DNA of 64,000 bases, from the NCBI GenBank assembly GCA_965221165.1, contig CBDCRP010000003.1, forward strand, positions 1,920,001 to 1,984,000, in the 5' to 3' direction. The first letter of the stretch is position 1, and every line of letters starts with the position of its first letter. The stretch comes from a bacterium. Its GTDB lineage: Bacteria > UBA8248. The translations under genes were made by a program, and so were the position numbers. The notes beneath the pieces were generated by a model. It ran no database searches. It was not told the origin of the DNA and saw only the letters and a list, made by a program, of their open reading frames with translations. Positions 1-10,200 of the stretch are shown piece by piece.

Positions 1-339
1 GGATACCCGGAAGAGCAAAGAAACGTCATGGACCCCACCCTTCGCGAGACCATCAAGGAATTCAGCGCCATCGACGGCGCATTCGTCATTCGTGGGGACG
101 GGATAATCGAAGCCGCCGGCAGACACTTGAACGCGGCGCCCGAGAACGATTTGCCCCCCGGGCTGGGTTCGCGGCATATGGCCGCCGCGGGTATAACGGA
201 AGTAAGTACGGCCATATCATTTGCCATCAGCGAATCAACGGGCGGTGTTACCGTGCTGAAAGACGGCAAGGTATTCATGCAACTCAGCAAGTCGCAACCT
301 GCCAAAACACCAACAAAGGGAAAAAGTAAAAAGAAATAA
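1..339 (+). CDS. Diadenylate cyclase (DAC/DisA_N domain, DacZ-like), 5'-truncated by window edge
   Basis: Frame open from position 1; IDGAFVI and GLGSRHMAA match the DGA and RHxAA motifs of DAC domains. Confidence 0.85.
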   Translation, partial: GYPEEQRNVMDPTLRETIKEFSAIDGAFVIRGDGIIEAAGRHLNAAPENDLPPGLGSRHMAAAGITEVSTAISFAISESTGGVTVLKDGKVFMQLSKSQPAKTPTKGKSKKK

Positions 340-371
340 AAGCCGTTCTTACGGTCAGGAGAAATCACATT

Positions 372-479
372 ATGGTGTACGGAAAACTTTTCGGATTATT
401 GGCCCTCATCATTGGCGGCATCCTTGGATTGAGCACGATTATTCTGATGCTCGATTTAATCGGTCTTTCGATTTTTTAA
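372..479 (+). CDS. Small single-pass membrane protein (35 aa), below the ORF-track cutoff
   Basis: CAGGAGA RBS at 356-362, then ATG; MVYGKLFGLLALIIGGILGLSTIILMLDLIGLSIF is almost entirely hydrophobic. Confidence 0.6.
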   Translation: MVYGKLFGLLALIIGGILGLSTIILMLDLIGLSIF

Positions 480-499
480 ATCGACTTCAGAATCACTTT

Positions 500-1252
500 A
501 TGCAACTCGACCTGTTCGAGCGATTCAAACACAATCATTTCCTCGTTCCCATCTCCATAAATACACTGAAAAAGATTGGCGACCATATCGGCTTGTCTGC
601 GGATTTCTTGATTTTCGACGCATCCTGCGGCAAGGCGGGGAGCGTCATATCGCTCGCGCAGATGTTCGGTTGTTCGGCAATCGGATTGGATGATCGCCCC
701 GAGTTCGTGGAAGATGGAAGGCGGCGCATTTTCTTCGAGGACTTGTCCCATCTCATAGACTTATTGACTTACGCGGGCGAGAAATTCCCTTTTGATGATG
801 ATTACTTCGATTTGGCGCTCTTGTGTGGACCTGCGTATCCCTCGAATACCGCAAGCAAATTGAAGAGCTTGGCCCGGCTCGTGAAACCCGGGGGATGGAT
901 CGCGTATTCCGGCCTGGTCTGGAAATCAGAGGATGAAGACATCCCTTCCGAACGATTGACGAGATGGCTGGATACCTATCTTCCCTGTGAACCGGTCGAC
1001 GTAGAAGATTTCTGGGCCCATACCATCGAAGGGGGGTATGACGTCGAATTTGTAGAACATGAAACCGAGAGCGCCTGGGAAACCTTTCTCGCCCCCCAGG
1101 CACGCTCCATTCTGGAGAATCGGCATGAATTTGCGGACTCTCCTGAAGCCCAGAATATGCTGGACGGATGGCAACAAGACCTTGAAATTTACCACGACGG
1201 TGGCGGAAAGCAGCTTCTCGGTTACGCCACCTTTTTACTTAGGTGCCCATAA
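500..1252 (+). CDS. Class I SAM-dependent methyltransferase
   Basis: IFDASCGKAG motif I variant, FPFDDDYFDL and LVKPGGWI motifs. Confidence 0.8.
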   Translation: MQLDLFERFKHNHFLVPISINTLKKIGDHIGLSADFLIFDASCGKAGSVISLAQMFGCSAIGLDDRPEFVEDGRRRIFFEDLSHLIDLLTYAGEKFPFDDDYFDLALLCGPAYPSNTASKLKSLARLVKPGGWIAYSGLVWKSEDEDIPSERLTRWLDTYLPCEPVDVEDFWAHTIEGGYDVEFVEHETESAWETFLAPQARSILENRHEFADSPEAQNMLDGWQQDLEIYHDGGGKQLLGYATFLLRCP

Positions 1253-1515
1253 CGGAAATCGAAAGACCGCAAAGGGCCAGGCCGTATTTATTCCGGGGAA
1301 AAACAATTCCCGGAATGAAACAAGTGGTGAGGAATCGTATTCAGCCATATCGGACAAAAAAATCACCTCCCGCACCCGGATATTCTCACCGGAGAGTATT
1401 GATTTTTGATAGGCTCATGGAAAATTTCGACGGCGCCGGGTTTGACCATCCGTTCCCTGTTGATGTTTCCTCTGGAACCAACACCAGTTGATGGGCATAT
1501 AAACAAGGAGTACGA

Positions 1516-2988
1516 ATGAACGAGTTGCTCTATCTCACCGTTAAGGAAATCGGAGAAAACCTGAGGGCGAAAGAATTCAGTTCAGAGGAGTTGACCAGGG
1601 CGTATCTGGAGCGCATCGATGAAACGGAACAGAGGGTCAATGCCTACCTGAGCGTTCTTGGAGATGAAGCCATCCGCTCCGCCCGCGCCGCTGATGATAA
1701 AATCAGGGCCGGAGATCATGATTCTCCTCTTCTGGGCGTACCCCTGGCCGTGAAAGATCTCCTTTGCATGAAAGGCACAAAGACCACCTGCGCCTCGAGG
1801 TTTCTGGAAAATTTCGAAGCCCCTTACGACGCCACCGCAGTGGCCCGGCTAAAAAAAGCGGGCGCGGTCATACTCGGCAAATTAAATATGGATGAATTCG
1901 CCATGGGTTCATCTTGCGAGCAAAGCGCGTTTGGCCCGACCCATAATCCATGGAACCTGAAAACCATCCCCGGAGGCAGCAGCGGCGGGTCTGCCGCCGC
2001 AGTTGCGGCGCGATCTTGCGTCGTTTCTTTGGGATCGGATACCGGAGGCTCCATACGCCAGCCGGCGGCATGTTGTGGTGTAGTGGGAATGAAACCCACA
2101 TACGGACGTATTTCTCGCTATGGACTCATCGCTTTCGCCAGTTCTCTGGACCAAATTGGCCCTTTTGCAACGAATGTGGGAGACGCGGCCATTTTGTTGG
2201 GTGCAGTCAGTGGTCACGACCCTCGCGATTCCACCTCGGCCAACGAGCCGGTTCCCGACTACACGGAAAACCTGGAAAATGGCGTGGAAGGTTTGAAAAT
2301 CGGCATTCCCAAAGAGTATTTCATCGAGGGAATGGACCCCGACGTCGACACGGCGATTAGAGAGGCGATTGCCGTGTTCGAGGCTCAAGGAGCCGAAATT
2401 ATCGAAATCTCTCTCCCCCATACCGAATATGCGTTGCCGGTGTATTATATTCTCGCACCCGCGGAGGCGAGCAGTAACCTGGCGCGTTACGACGGTGTCC
2501 GCTATGGCGTGCGCAAAGAAGTCGATTCCACATACGGCTCTTTGTTCGGCATGTATGCGGCGAGCCGGGAAAACGGCTTCGGGGACGAGGTAAAGCGCCG
2601 AATCATGCTGGGCACCTATGCGCTGTCTTCTGGATATTACGATGCGTTTTACACAAAAGCGCAAAGGGTCCGCACGCTGATTTGCCAGGATTTCAAGGCC
2701 GCATTCGATAACGTCGACGTCGTGCTGTCGGCCACGGCGCCGACTCCCGCCTTCGAGATTGGTGAACGCCTCGATGATCCCATCAGCATGTATCTATCCG
2801 ACATCCTGACCATACCCTGTAATCTGGCCGGTCTTCCCGGCATCAGCCAGCCTTGCGGATTCACTTCGAGTGGCTTGCCGGTTGGACTTCAACTGGTGGG
2901 AAAACCATTTGGCGAGAAAACGATTCTTCAGGCGGCAGCGGCATTCGAAAGAGCAACGACGCACCACGAAGCGCTCCCGCCGCTGTGA
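1516..2988 (+). CDS. gatA: Glu-tRNA(Gln)/Asp-tRNA(Asn) amidotransferase subunit A
   Basis: Amidase signature [42 protein letters not shown]; AAGGAG RBS. Confidence 0.97.
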   Translation: MNELLYLTVKEIGENLRAKEFSSEELTRAYLERIDETEQRVNAYLSVLGDEAIRSARAADDKIRAGDHDSPLLGVPLAVKDLLCMKGTKTTCASRFLENFEAPYDATAVARLKKAGAVILGKLNMDEFAMGSSCEQSAFGPTHNPWNLKTIPGGSSGGSAAAVAARSCVVSLGSDTGGSIRQPAACCGVVGMKPTYGRISRYGLIAFASSLDQIGPFATNVGDAAILLGAVSGHDPRDSTSANEPVPDYTENLENGVEGLKIGIPKEYFIEGMDPDVDTAIREAIAVFEAQGAEIIEISLPHTEYALPVYYILAPAEASSNLARYDGVRYGVRKEVDSTYGSLFGMYAASRENGFGDEVKRRIMLGTYALSSGYYDAFYTKAQRVRTLICQDFKAAFDNVDVVLSATAPTPAFEIGERLDDPISMYLSDILTIPCNLAGLPGISQPCGFTSSGLPVGLQLVGKPFGEKTILQAAAAFERATTHHEALPPL

Positions 2989-3011
2989 TGCGCACTTTCT
3001 GATTGAGGGAG

Positions 3012-4463
3012 ATGATGGCGTACGAAACGGTTATCGGTCTCGAAGTACATGCCCAGTTGAATACGAAAAGCAAAATCTTTTGCGGCTCGAGCTCCGCATT
3101 CGGGGGAGGGCCCAATGAACACACCTGTACGGTAGACTTGGGCCTCCCCGGCGTATTGCCGGTCTTGAACCGGGAAGTCATCGAATTCACCCTGAGGCTC
3201 GGGATGGCCGTCGGGGCGCATATCGCGCCGGTTTGCCGGTTTGCCCGAAAACATTATTTCTATCCCGACCTCCCCAAGGGATACCAGATCAGCCAGTACG
3301 AAGAGCCCATCTGCACGGGCGGACACGTTCATTTCGTAACCAGGGACGGGCGAGACGTGACCATCAACCTCACCAGAATTCATATGGAAGAAGATGCCGG
3401 CAAGCTGATTCATGGAGACGAGCTGGGAGACCCGAATCATTCGTATTCGGACCTGAACCGGGCCGGGGTGCCGCTGCTCGAAATCGTCTCCGAACCGGAA
3501 CTCAGAAACCCCGAAGACGCCGAATCCTATATGCGGAAATTCAGGACCCTGGTGCGCTATCTGGGGATATCCGACGGCAACATGCAGGAAGGCAGCTTGC
3601 GGTGCGACGCGAACATTTCCCTCAGGCCCCAAGGGTCGGAGGAATTCGGCGAGAAGGTGGAAATCAAGAACATGAACTCTTTCCGGAATCTCAGGCGGGC
3701 GCTCGAATTCGAAGAAAAGCGCCAGCGCGAAACCCTGGATTCCGGCGGCGCCATTCATCAGGAGACCAGGCTTTGGGATGAATCCGCCGGCGTGACGCGG
3801 GGGATGCGATCGAAAGAATACGCGCATGACTATCGTTATTTCCCGGACCCGGATCTGGTGCCGCTCACCGTGGACGCGAAGTGGCTCGATAAGGTGCGCG
3901 CGCAATTGCCGGAATTGCCCGACGCGAAGAGCAAGCGCTTTCAGGATGCGTTCGGCCTCCCCCGGTACGATGCGGAAGTTCTCACGGCGGAAAAAGAACT
4001 GGCGGCGTATTTCGATGAAGTCGTCGAGGCTGCCGGAAGGGAACAAGCCAAGGCGGCGAGCAACTGGGTGATGGGCGATATCTTGCGCCTGTTGAACGAG
4101 CAGAAAATAACCATCGACAAATGCCCCATCTCCCCCCAGGGGCTGGCCGGAATGATTTCGCTCATCACCGATGGCACCATCAGCGGGAAAATCGCGAAAA
4201 CGGTATTCGACTCCATGGCGGAGAGCGGAAAAGACCCCGAGGCCATCGTAGAAGAAAAAGGACTGAAACAAATCACGGACACGAGCGCGATTGAGAACGT
4301 CGTGGAAGAAGTGCTTGCGTCCAATCCAAAAGAGGTCGAAGCCTACCAAGGCGGAAAAACGAAGCTCATGGGCTTTTTCGTCGGCCAGGTGATGAAGGCG
4401 ACGGGGGGCAAGGCCAATCCCAAGGCCTTACAAGAAATACTAAGAGAAAAACTAACGCCGTAG
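3012..4463 (+). CDS. gatB: Amidotransferase subunit B
   Basis: VIGLEVHAQL, RKHYFYPDLPKGYQISQ, HMEEDAGK, RCDANIS, GFFVGQVMK. Confidence 0.97.
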   Translation: MMAYETVIGLEVHAQLNTKSKIFCGSSSAFGGGPNEHTCTVDLGLPGVLPVLNREVIEFTLRLGMAVGAHIAPVCRFARKHYFYPDLPKGYQISQYEEPICTGGHVHFVTRDGRDVTINLTRIHMEEDAGKLIHGDELGDPNHSYSDLNRAGVPLLEIVSEPELRNPEDAESYMRKFRTLVRYLGISDGNMQEGSLRCDANISLRPQGSEEFGEKVEIKNMNSFRNLRRALEFEEKRQRETLDSGGAIHQETRLWDESAGVTRGMRSKEYAHDYRYFPDPDLVPLTVDAKWLDKVRAQLPELPDAKSKRFQDAFGLPRYDAEVLTAEKELAAYFDEVVEAAGREQAKAASNWVMGDILRLLNEQKITIDKCPISPQGLAGMISLITDGTISGKIAKTVFDSMAESGKDPEAIVEEKGLKQITDTSAIENVVEEVLASNPKEVEAYQGGKTKLMGFFVGQVMKATGGKANPKALQEILREKLTP

Positions 4464-4493
4464 CCGGGGAGGCCACCCGGCCCGGGCAGCGTT

Positions 4494-5366
4494 TTACTGG
4501 CCGAACCCATAGAGGACTGCGGGATTTTCCACCAGTATCTTCCGGCGCACGCTCTCCTCGGGCGCAAACTCCGCGAGAAGATCCATCAAATCACCATCGT
4601 TGGGAATCGTGGGCTTCACGTTCGTATGCGGCCAGTCCGTCCCCCAGACCACCCGCTCGGGCGCGGCATCGATGAGGGCGCGCGCCACCGGGGTGGCGTC
4701 GTGGTAGGGAAACCCGCGCTTGGAAATGCGCTCCGCACCGCTGAGCTTCACCCAGGCGTTCCCTCTTTCGAGCAGGTTCAACAACAATTTGAAGTCAGGG
4801 TGCGAGAGGCTCAGGTCCGCGGGGAAAAGACCCATGTGATCGAAAACCACGTCGACGGGCAATTTCCTTATCTCCCCCTCATATTCGGGCAACTGCCCGG
4901 CGTGCATATGAAACTGGATGTGCCAGCCGAAACCTTTTATCTTGGCGGCCACTTCCCCCATCTGCTCGATTCCGCTTATCCCTCCCGAAGCCGCGTTGAT
5001 GCGCGCTCCCCGGATGCCGAGCCGGTTCAAGGCATCGAGCCGCGCCTCGGACACATTTGCGTCCACCACGCCTACGCCCACGTAGCCCGATCCCAGGACG
5101 CGAACCGCCTCGAGCACTCTCGCGTTATCCGCGCCATAAGGACTCGCCTGCACCACGACGCCCCGCTCGAGGCCCAGAACGTCGGCCATCCGCCGGTAGT
5201 CGCTCTCCAGCACCTGAACGGGGGTGTAGCGCCTGGTCTCGGCGTATGGGTAATCCGCTTCGGGCCCGAAGACGTGAAAATGGCAATCCGCCGCACCCTC
5301 GGGGGGCTTTAATTTCGGCGGTTTCGTATCCGGGTCGGGCCCTGGAACCGTGGGCCGGGTCGTCAA
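4494..5366 (-). CDS. Amidohydrolase family protein (LigI/2-pyrone-4,6-dicarboxylate lactonase-like)
   Basis: DCHFHVFG, VFDHMG, WVKLSG, VWGTDWPH, ILVENPAVLYGF. Confidence 0.88.
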   Translation of the reverse strand: MTTRPTVPGPDPDTKPPKLKPPEGAADCHFHVFGPEADYPYAETRRYTPVQVLESDYRRMADVLGLERGVVVQASPYGADNARVLEAVRVLGSGYVGVGVVDANVSEARLDALNRLGIRGARINAASGGISGIEQMGEVAAKIKGFGWHIQFHMHAGQLPEYEGEIRKLPVDVVFDHMGLFPADLSLSHPDFKLLLNLLERGNAWVKLSGAERISKRGFPYHDATPVARALIDAAPERVVWGTDWPHTNVKPTIPNDGDLMDLLAEFAPEESVRRKILVENPAVLYGFGQ

Positions 5367-5403
5367 TGCGCGCCCTCGAATCTATGTGTGAAACAGCCGG
5401 GAT

Positions 5404-5880
5404 TTATCTCCTTCTTCTCTTTTTCTTGCGGTACGGCTTGTGGCACTGCGTGCAACTCTCCGACAAGGCGCTGAACGTCTTCAGTACGGCGGCTTTATCC
5501 GCAGCCACGGCGGCTTTCACGACATTGCCCGCGATGCGGGCCGAACCCCTGGCTAATTTCGTGTAATCACCAAACCGGCTCCACACCTCGTCCTTTATCC
5601 GCGTCTTGGGCAAATTACTGCCCTTGGGGCTCAGGTAGGGAATCGCCGCGGAGAGCAGCGCGATTTCTTTCGCCGCGCTGATTACGCGCTTGTAGTTTCC
5701 CTTTTTCGTATACACCTTGATCCGGCGCATCGCGCGGCTGATGCTCTTCATCGTGCGCACGCGCACCCTTTGGACGCCGCGCAGGGTCTGCTCATCCTTG
5801 CCGGCGGAAAATGAGGGAAGAAAAAAAACCGTGACGATTACCGCGCAAAAAAACGCACACACCCATATCCTGGTCCGCAT
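5404..5880 (-). CDS. Cytochrome c' / class II cytochrome c
   Basis: Signal peptide, R..TMK start of helix A, C-terminal CTQCHKPYR heme motif. Confidence 0.85.
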   Translation of the reverse strand: MRTRIWVCAFFCAVIVTVFFLPSFSAGKDEQTLRGVQRVRVRTMKSISRAMRRIKVYTKKGNYKRVISAAKEIALLSAAIPYLSPKGSNLPKTRIKDEVWSRFGDYTKLARGSARIAGNVVKAAVAADKAAVLKTFSALSESCTQCHKPYRKKKRRRR

Positions 5881-6005
5881 ATCCACTCCTCGCCGATGGC
5901 TCACAAGCCTCTTCCCAAGAGTTTCCCCCATACTAGGAAGCGAGAGGCCGCGGTGTCAACGGAAGGCCTTATTTACGCGTATCTCTTTATAATTCAACGA
6001 GATAA

Positions 6006-6055
6006 ATTTTCACTTATTTTCAGATATTTTCACCTTTTTTCGCTTATTTTCACTT
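6006..6055. repeat. Five tandem 10-bp units, consensus ATTTTCACTT
   Basis: attttcactt attttcagat attttcacct tttttcgctt attttcactt. Confidence 0.8.
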
Positions 6056-6157
6056 ATTCCCTCAAGCCCCCGAAGAGCCTGGGCCGCCTCGCCACGATAC
6101 GCGAGTTTCCTCCATGCGCAGCAGCGGCAATTGCGGGCAGGTGCGGTGCCCAATCTC

Positions 6158-6309
6158 GACCGATGAGGGAGGGTCAAACCCGACTGAAGAGGGAGGGTCA
6201 AACCCGACTGAAGAGGGAGGGTTTGCCGACCGAGAAGGGAGTCGAACTTCCACGAGGAGGGGGGGTCAAACCCGACTGAGAAAAGAGGGTTTGACCGACC
6301 GATGAGGGA
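6158..6309 (+). repeat. Array of seven ~23-24-nt mini-hairpin units (13-nt GACYGAnnnRGGA motif separated by GGGTCAAACCC/GGGTTTGACC-type linkers)
   Basis: Motifs start at 6158, 6182, 6206, 6228, ~6251 (divergent), 6274 and 6297. Confidence 0.8.
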
Positions 6310-6319
6310 AGTGCTCGTA

Positions 6320-6537
6320 GTAGGGACAACCCCCTGTGGTTGTCCCTACCCCCTGTGGTTGTCCCTTGTCACGGCAGGCTTGGATGTCGGACAGGCGCGG
6401 GGGCCTGTCCCTACAAACAAAGGCTGATGCGGTGGGGGGACAATCGCGCGCCTTTCGTAGGGTCGGACATATATGTCCGACCCATGTGTCCGCCCGCGCA
6501 TACGTCGTCAGGGAGAACACACGGGTTCTCCCCTACG
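6320..6537. repeat. Cluster of GTAG-type REP palindromes (BIME-like)
   Basis: gtagggacaacc-ccctgt-ggttgtccctac; ggacaggc..gcctgtccctac; cgtagggtcggacatatatgtccgaccc; gggagaac..gttctcccctacg. Confidence 0.8.
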
Positions 6538-6564
6538 GATCCTGGCGACCGAAGAGGGATTGAT

Positions 6565-6594
6565 TTGACGAAACCTGGAATATCTTTTTATAGT
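6565..6594 (+). promoter_or_regulatory. Putative sigma70 promoter for the 6638 ORF
   Basis: TTGACG-N18-TATAGT. Confidence 0.5.
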
Positions 6595-6637
6595 TGTTTC
6601 AGAAGTGCCGGAGGACTCGATTCGAGAGAGAGAAAGA

Positions 6638-6865
6638 ATGATGACGAACTACGAATCCCTGAGTCTCCTCGCCGCCTATCTGAACCTCCTCGCCTCCTTC
6701 GGCGGTCTGGGGCTGATCTACTACGGCATTCGCGCGATGACGAAAGGCGCCGAAATGCGGGCGGCGGACTCCGAGCGCAAGCACAGTGAGACGATGACCG
6801 ACTCCGGGCGCAGGCACGACCAGTCGATGGCGGCGTTGCGCGAACTCATCGAACGAACCAGATAA
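6638..6865 (+). CDS. Small protein with one N-terminal TM helix and a short coiled-coil tail
   Basis: MMTNYESLSLLAAYLNLLASFGGLGLIYYGIRAM...HDQSMAALRELIERTR; purine-rich RBS and upstream promoter-like element. Confidence 0.65.
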   Translation: MMTNYESLSLLAAYLNLLASFGGLGLIYYGIRAMTKGAEMRAADSERKHSETMTDSGRRHDQSMAALRELIERTR

Positions 6866-7000
6866 TCAATTCCGACTGATCAAGGAGGAATTGCCGACTG
6901 AAGAAAGAGGAATTGCAAACGAGTACCCCGTCTCCCGTCGGGTAGCGTCTCCTGGTGGTGAATCGCGGGCAGGGATCGATCAGGCGCCACCCATTCACCT

Positions 7001-7135
7001 TCACGCCGCGCCTGTCTTATCGATCAACTGCGCGCGCATGTCCTTATCGCCAACCTTCTTTTCCACGACGATGAACAGCCCGCCGGATTCTCTTTCCCAT
7101 AGCGCGCCGATGGTTCGCTTCTCGGGTAGGGCGAC
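7001..7135 (-). pseudogene. C-terminal remnant of a type III-like restriction (DEAD/DEAH Res) subunit
   Basis: EKRTIGALWERESGGLFIVVEKKVGDKDMRAQLIDKTGAA* resembles the C-terminus of that family (recalled, not searched); no start codon or upstream body. Confidence 0.5.
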
Positions 7136-7220
7136 TTGAGGGCGATGGGCCGATTGTGAACCGCGCGGCGCATGGGTTATATCTTCGAGCATGACGTAAC
7201 TTAATAGCGGAGGATGGCGC

Positions 7221-10200
7221 GTGCTGGAAATCGACGAAAGGGAGCGAATCGTATCCGAACTGGCAGAGCAGCCCGGACACGAAAAAGTGCGCGCGCTGGT
7301 GCATCGCCTCCTCGTCGATGACCTTGGCGCTGATAGCCGGGACATTGATTTTGAAAAGCCGGTTCCTGAAGTGCGTGGCCGGATTGACGCCTTACTCGGC
7401 AGAACGGTGTTCGAGTTTAAGTCCAACCTAAAGCGTGAACGCGGGGACGCTGAAGAGGGGCTAACCCGATACCTCACCGAACGTGAGAGCCAGACTGGAG
7501 AGAAGTATGTCGGCATCGCCACCGACGGGGCCGATTTCATCGCCTATTTCCTCAAGGGAGACAATGTCGTCGAAGTCGGCGTTCATAAAGTAGATGCGGC
7601 GAAGTCATGGGAATTATCGGCATGGTTGCGAAGCGTCGTCGTACTTGGGGATGGTCTGTCTCCCGACCCGCAAACCATCAAACGCGAATTCGGGCGCGAG
7701 AGCCTCGCTGCGCGGCGCGCTATCGATGATCTCGACGAACTCTGGTCTCTCATCGGTCAAACGCCCGAGGCCTTGTTAAAGCGCGAATTGTGGGACAGAT
7801 TTCTCGGTCTTGCCTATGGCGCACGAGTCGGTGATGACGCCCTGTTCTTGCAACATACCTATCTCGCTGTCATCGCCAAGGCTATAGCATGGGCGGCGAT
7901 TATAGAAACCCCACCGGAGGATGCGAATGCTCTGCTGCATGGCGATGCGTTCTCGAATTTCGGAATCACCGGACAAAGCGAGCCTGATTTCTTTGACTGG
8001 GTGTTGGCAGCCGATGCGGGCGCAGAGCTAGTGATGCGGATTTACAGGCACGTGAACCGATTTTGTTTACAGGATATCAGCGTCGATATTCTGAAGGCCT
8101 TGTATGAGAGCCTCATCGATCCCGAGACCCGACACAAGCTCGGCGAATACTACACGCCGGACTGGCTCGCCGCTCGCATGGTCGAGGAAGTAGTGGACAA
8201 TCCGCTGGAGCAAAGGGTGATGGACCCCTCCTGCGGCTCGGGCACTTTCTTGTTTCACGCGGTGCGCACCTTGCTCAAGGCGGCGAGTGATTCAGGCCTA
8301 TCGGCGGCGAAAGCGGTTCGCCTCGCGGTCGAGAAAGTCGCCGGTGTAGACATTCATCCCGTGGCTGTCATACTCGCTCGCGTAACCTATCTACTTGCGC
8401 TCATGCCCGCCTTGCGTGAAGAGCATCCGGGAACGATTCCGTTGCCTGTATATCTGGGCGATTCATTGCAGTGGAATCTGGCCACTGGAAGACAAGGCGA
8501 CACGATCGATATGTTCAACGTCAAGGACACCTTGGAAATTAGCGTGCCTGCATTCGAAATTCCCGAACAGAAGAAAAGATACCAGCCGGAGACATTGCAC
8601 TTCCCTTCGGCAGTGGCCGCGAATGCGGCGCTTTTTGATCAGATGTTGGAGAGGATGATCGATCTCGGTGAACGTAACCGACCGCCGGAGGAGTTTGTGG
8701 TATGGCTCAGGAAAAATGCCGATCTACCGAATGTGGAACGCGATGCCCTAAAGAAAACTTATGAAGTAATGAGCCGTCTCCAAAACGAAGGGCGAAATCA
8801 TATTTGGGGTTATGTCGCAAGTAATCTCGCCCGGCCCGTCTGGCTCGCATCCGAAACACAGAAAGCCGATGTCGTAATCGGCAATCCTCCTTGGCTAGCT
8901 TACCGACACATGAGAGGTGATTTGCAGGAAAGGTACAAAAAGGAAGCCAGAACCGCCAAGGTCTGGTGGACCGGGAGAGGCACTTCTGCGAATGACCTAT
9001 CCGCTTATTTTTATTTCCGCGCAGCCTTGTTGTATATGCGGCGGACAGGGCGGATCGCACTGGTCATGCCCCATGCCGCCATGTCGGGTCAGCCCTACAA
9101 GCCGTTTCGAAAGGGTGAAGTCGCCCGTTTCAGTTCTGTGAGGTTCCGCCTGCGGTTTACGCAAGCCTGGGCGTTTGGTTACGAAGTGCAACCACTTTTT
9201 CCGGTTCCAAGCTGCGTTTTATTCGCCGAGGCGCATTCGGGCACAAGGAACGCCCCCTTGCCGGAAAAGATACTGGCGTTTTCCGGGGCTCTTCCTCGCC
9301 GAGACGCTGACGAAAACGAGGCCCGTGAAAATCTTGCCGTCCAAAAGGATGCGCCTTGGCCGACGGAAGCGAGCACCGAAATTCGCTCACACTACCGGAA
9401 GCTTTTTCGTCAAGGCGCTATTTTGGTACCGCGCCGCTTGATACTCGTGAAAAAAGAAGTCCCTATTGGTCGGCTTCCCGCGAATCCGCACGCTCCCTTG
9501 GTCGTGGGACGAACAGGCTCTCAAGATAAACCGCCTTGGAGAGACTTAACACCGCCCAGAGACACTGTGGAGGCGAAGTTTCTACGGACTATTCTTCTTG
9601 GGGAATCGATCGCTCCTTTTCGCGTTCTCATCCCGCTTCTGGGTGTCATCCCGTGGGATAAGGAAAGAGGCGACCTGATGAATGCAGATCGAGCGGAAAA
9701 GCGAGCTTACTCACACCTTGCTGCTTGGCTACGACAAGCGGAAACATTGTGGAACGAGAATGGAAAGGGGCAAAGAGCATTTTCGGAGCAGTATGATTAT
9801 TTTGGTCAACTTTCGGCGCAGTTCCCGATAGCTCCAATCCGCGTCGTGTATACGAAGGCTGGCACTAATCTCGCGGCTTGTGTAATTCGAGACGAAGCTG
9901 CGATCATCGATCATAAACTTTATTGGGCGCAAGTGGAGAGCTTGAACGAAGGGAAATACTTGTGCGGGATTCTAAATAGCGAGACCCTGAGAGCCGGTGT
10001 TGAGCAGTATCAATCTCAAGGCCAATGGGGTGCGCGGGATTTTGACAAATACGTGTTCAATTTGCCGATACCTAAGTTTGTCAAGAGCGATTCGCTTCAT
10101 CAAAAAATTGCCGAGGCGGCGAAGACGGCGGAGGATATCGCGCACATCGTCCCCGAAAAAGAAGGCGAATACTTCACCCGCACTCGCAGGCGCGTCCGTG

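Noticed and set aside
1243-1491. gatC
   Set aside because: The translation lacks GatC features (V..IA.LARL, REDxV, F.VP) and overlaps the upstream gene.
6158-6309. Mini-CRISPR or hammerhead ribozyme (CUGAnGA)
   Set aside because: No unique spacers. CUGAnGA is not conserved across units, and there is no matching GAAA/three-stem core.
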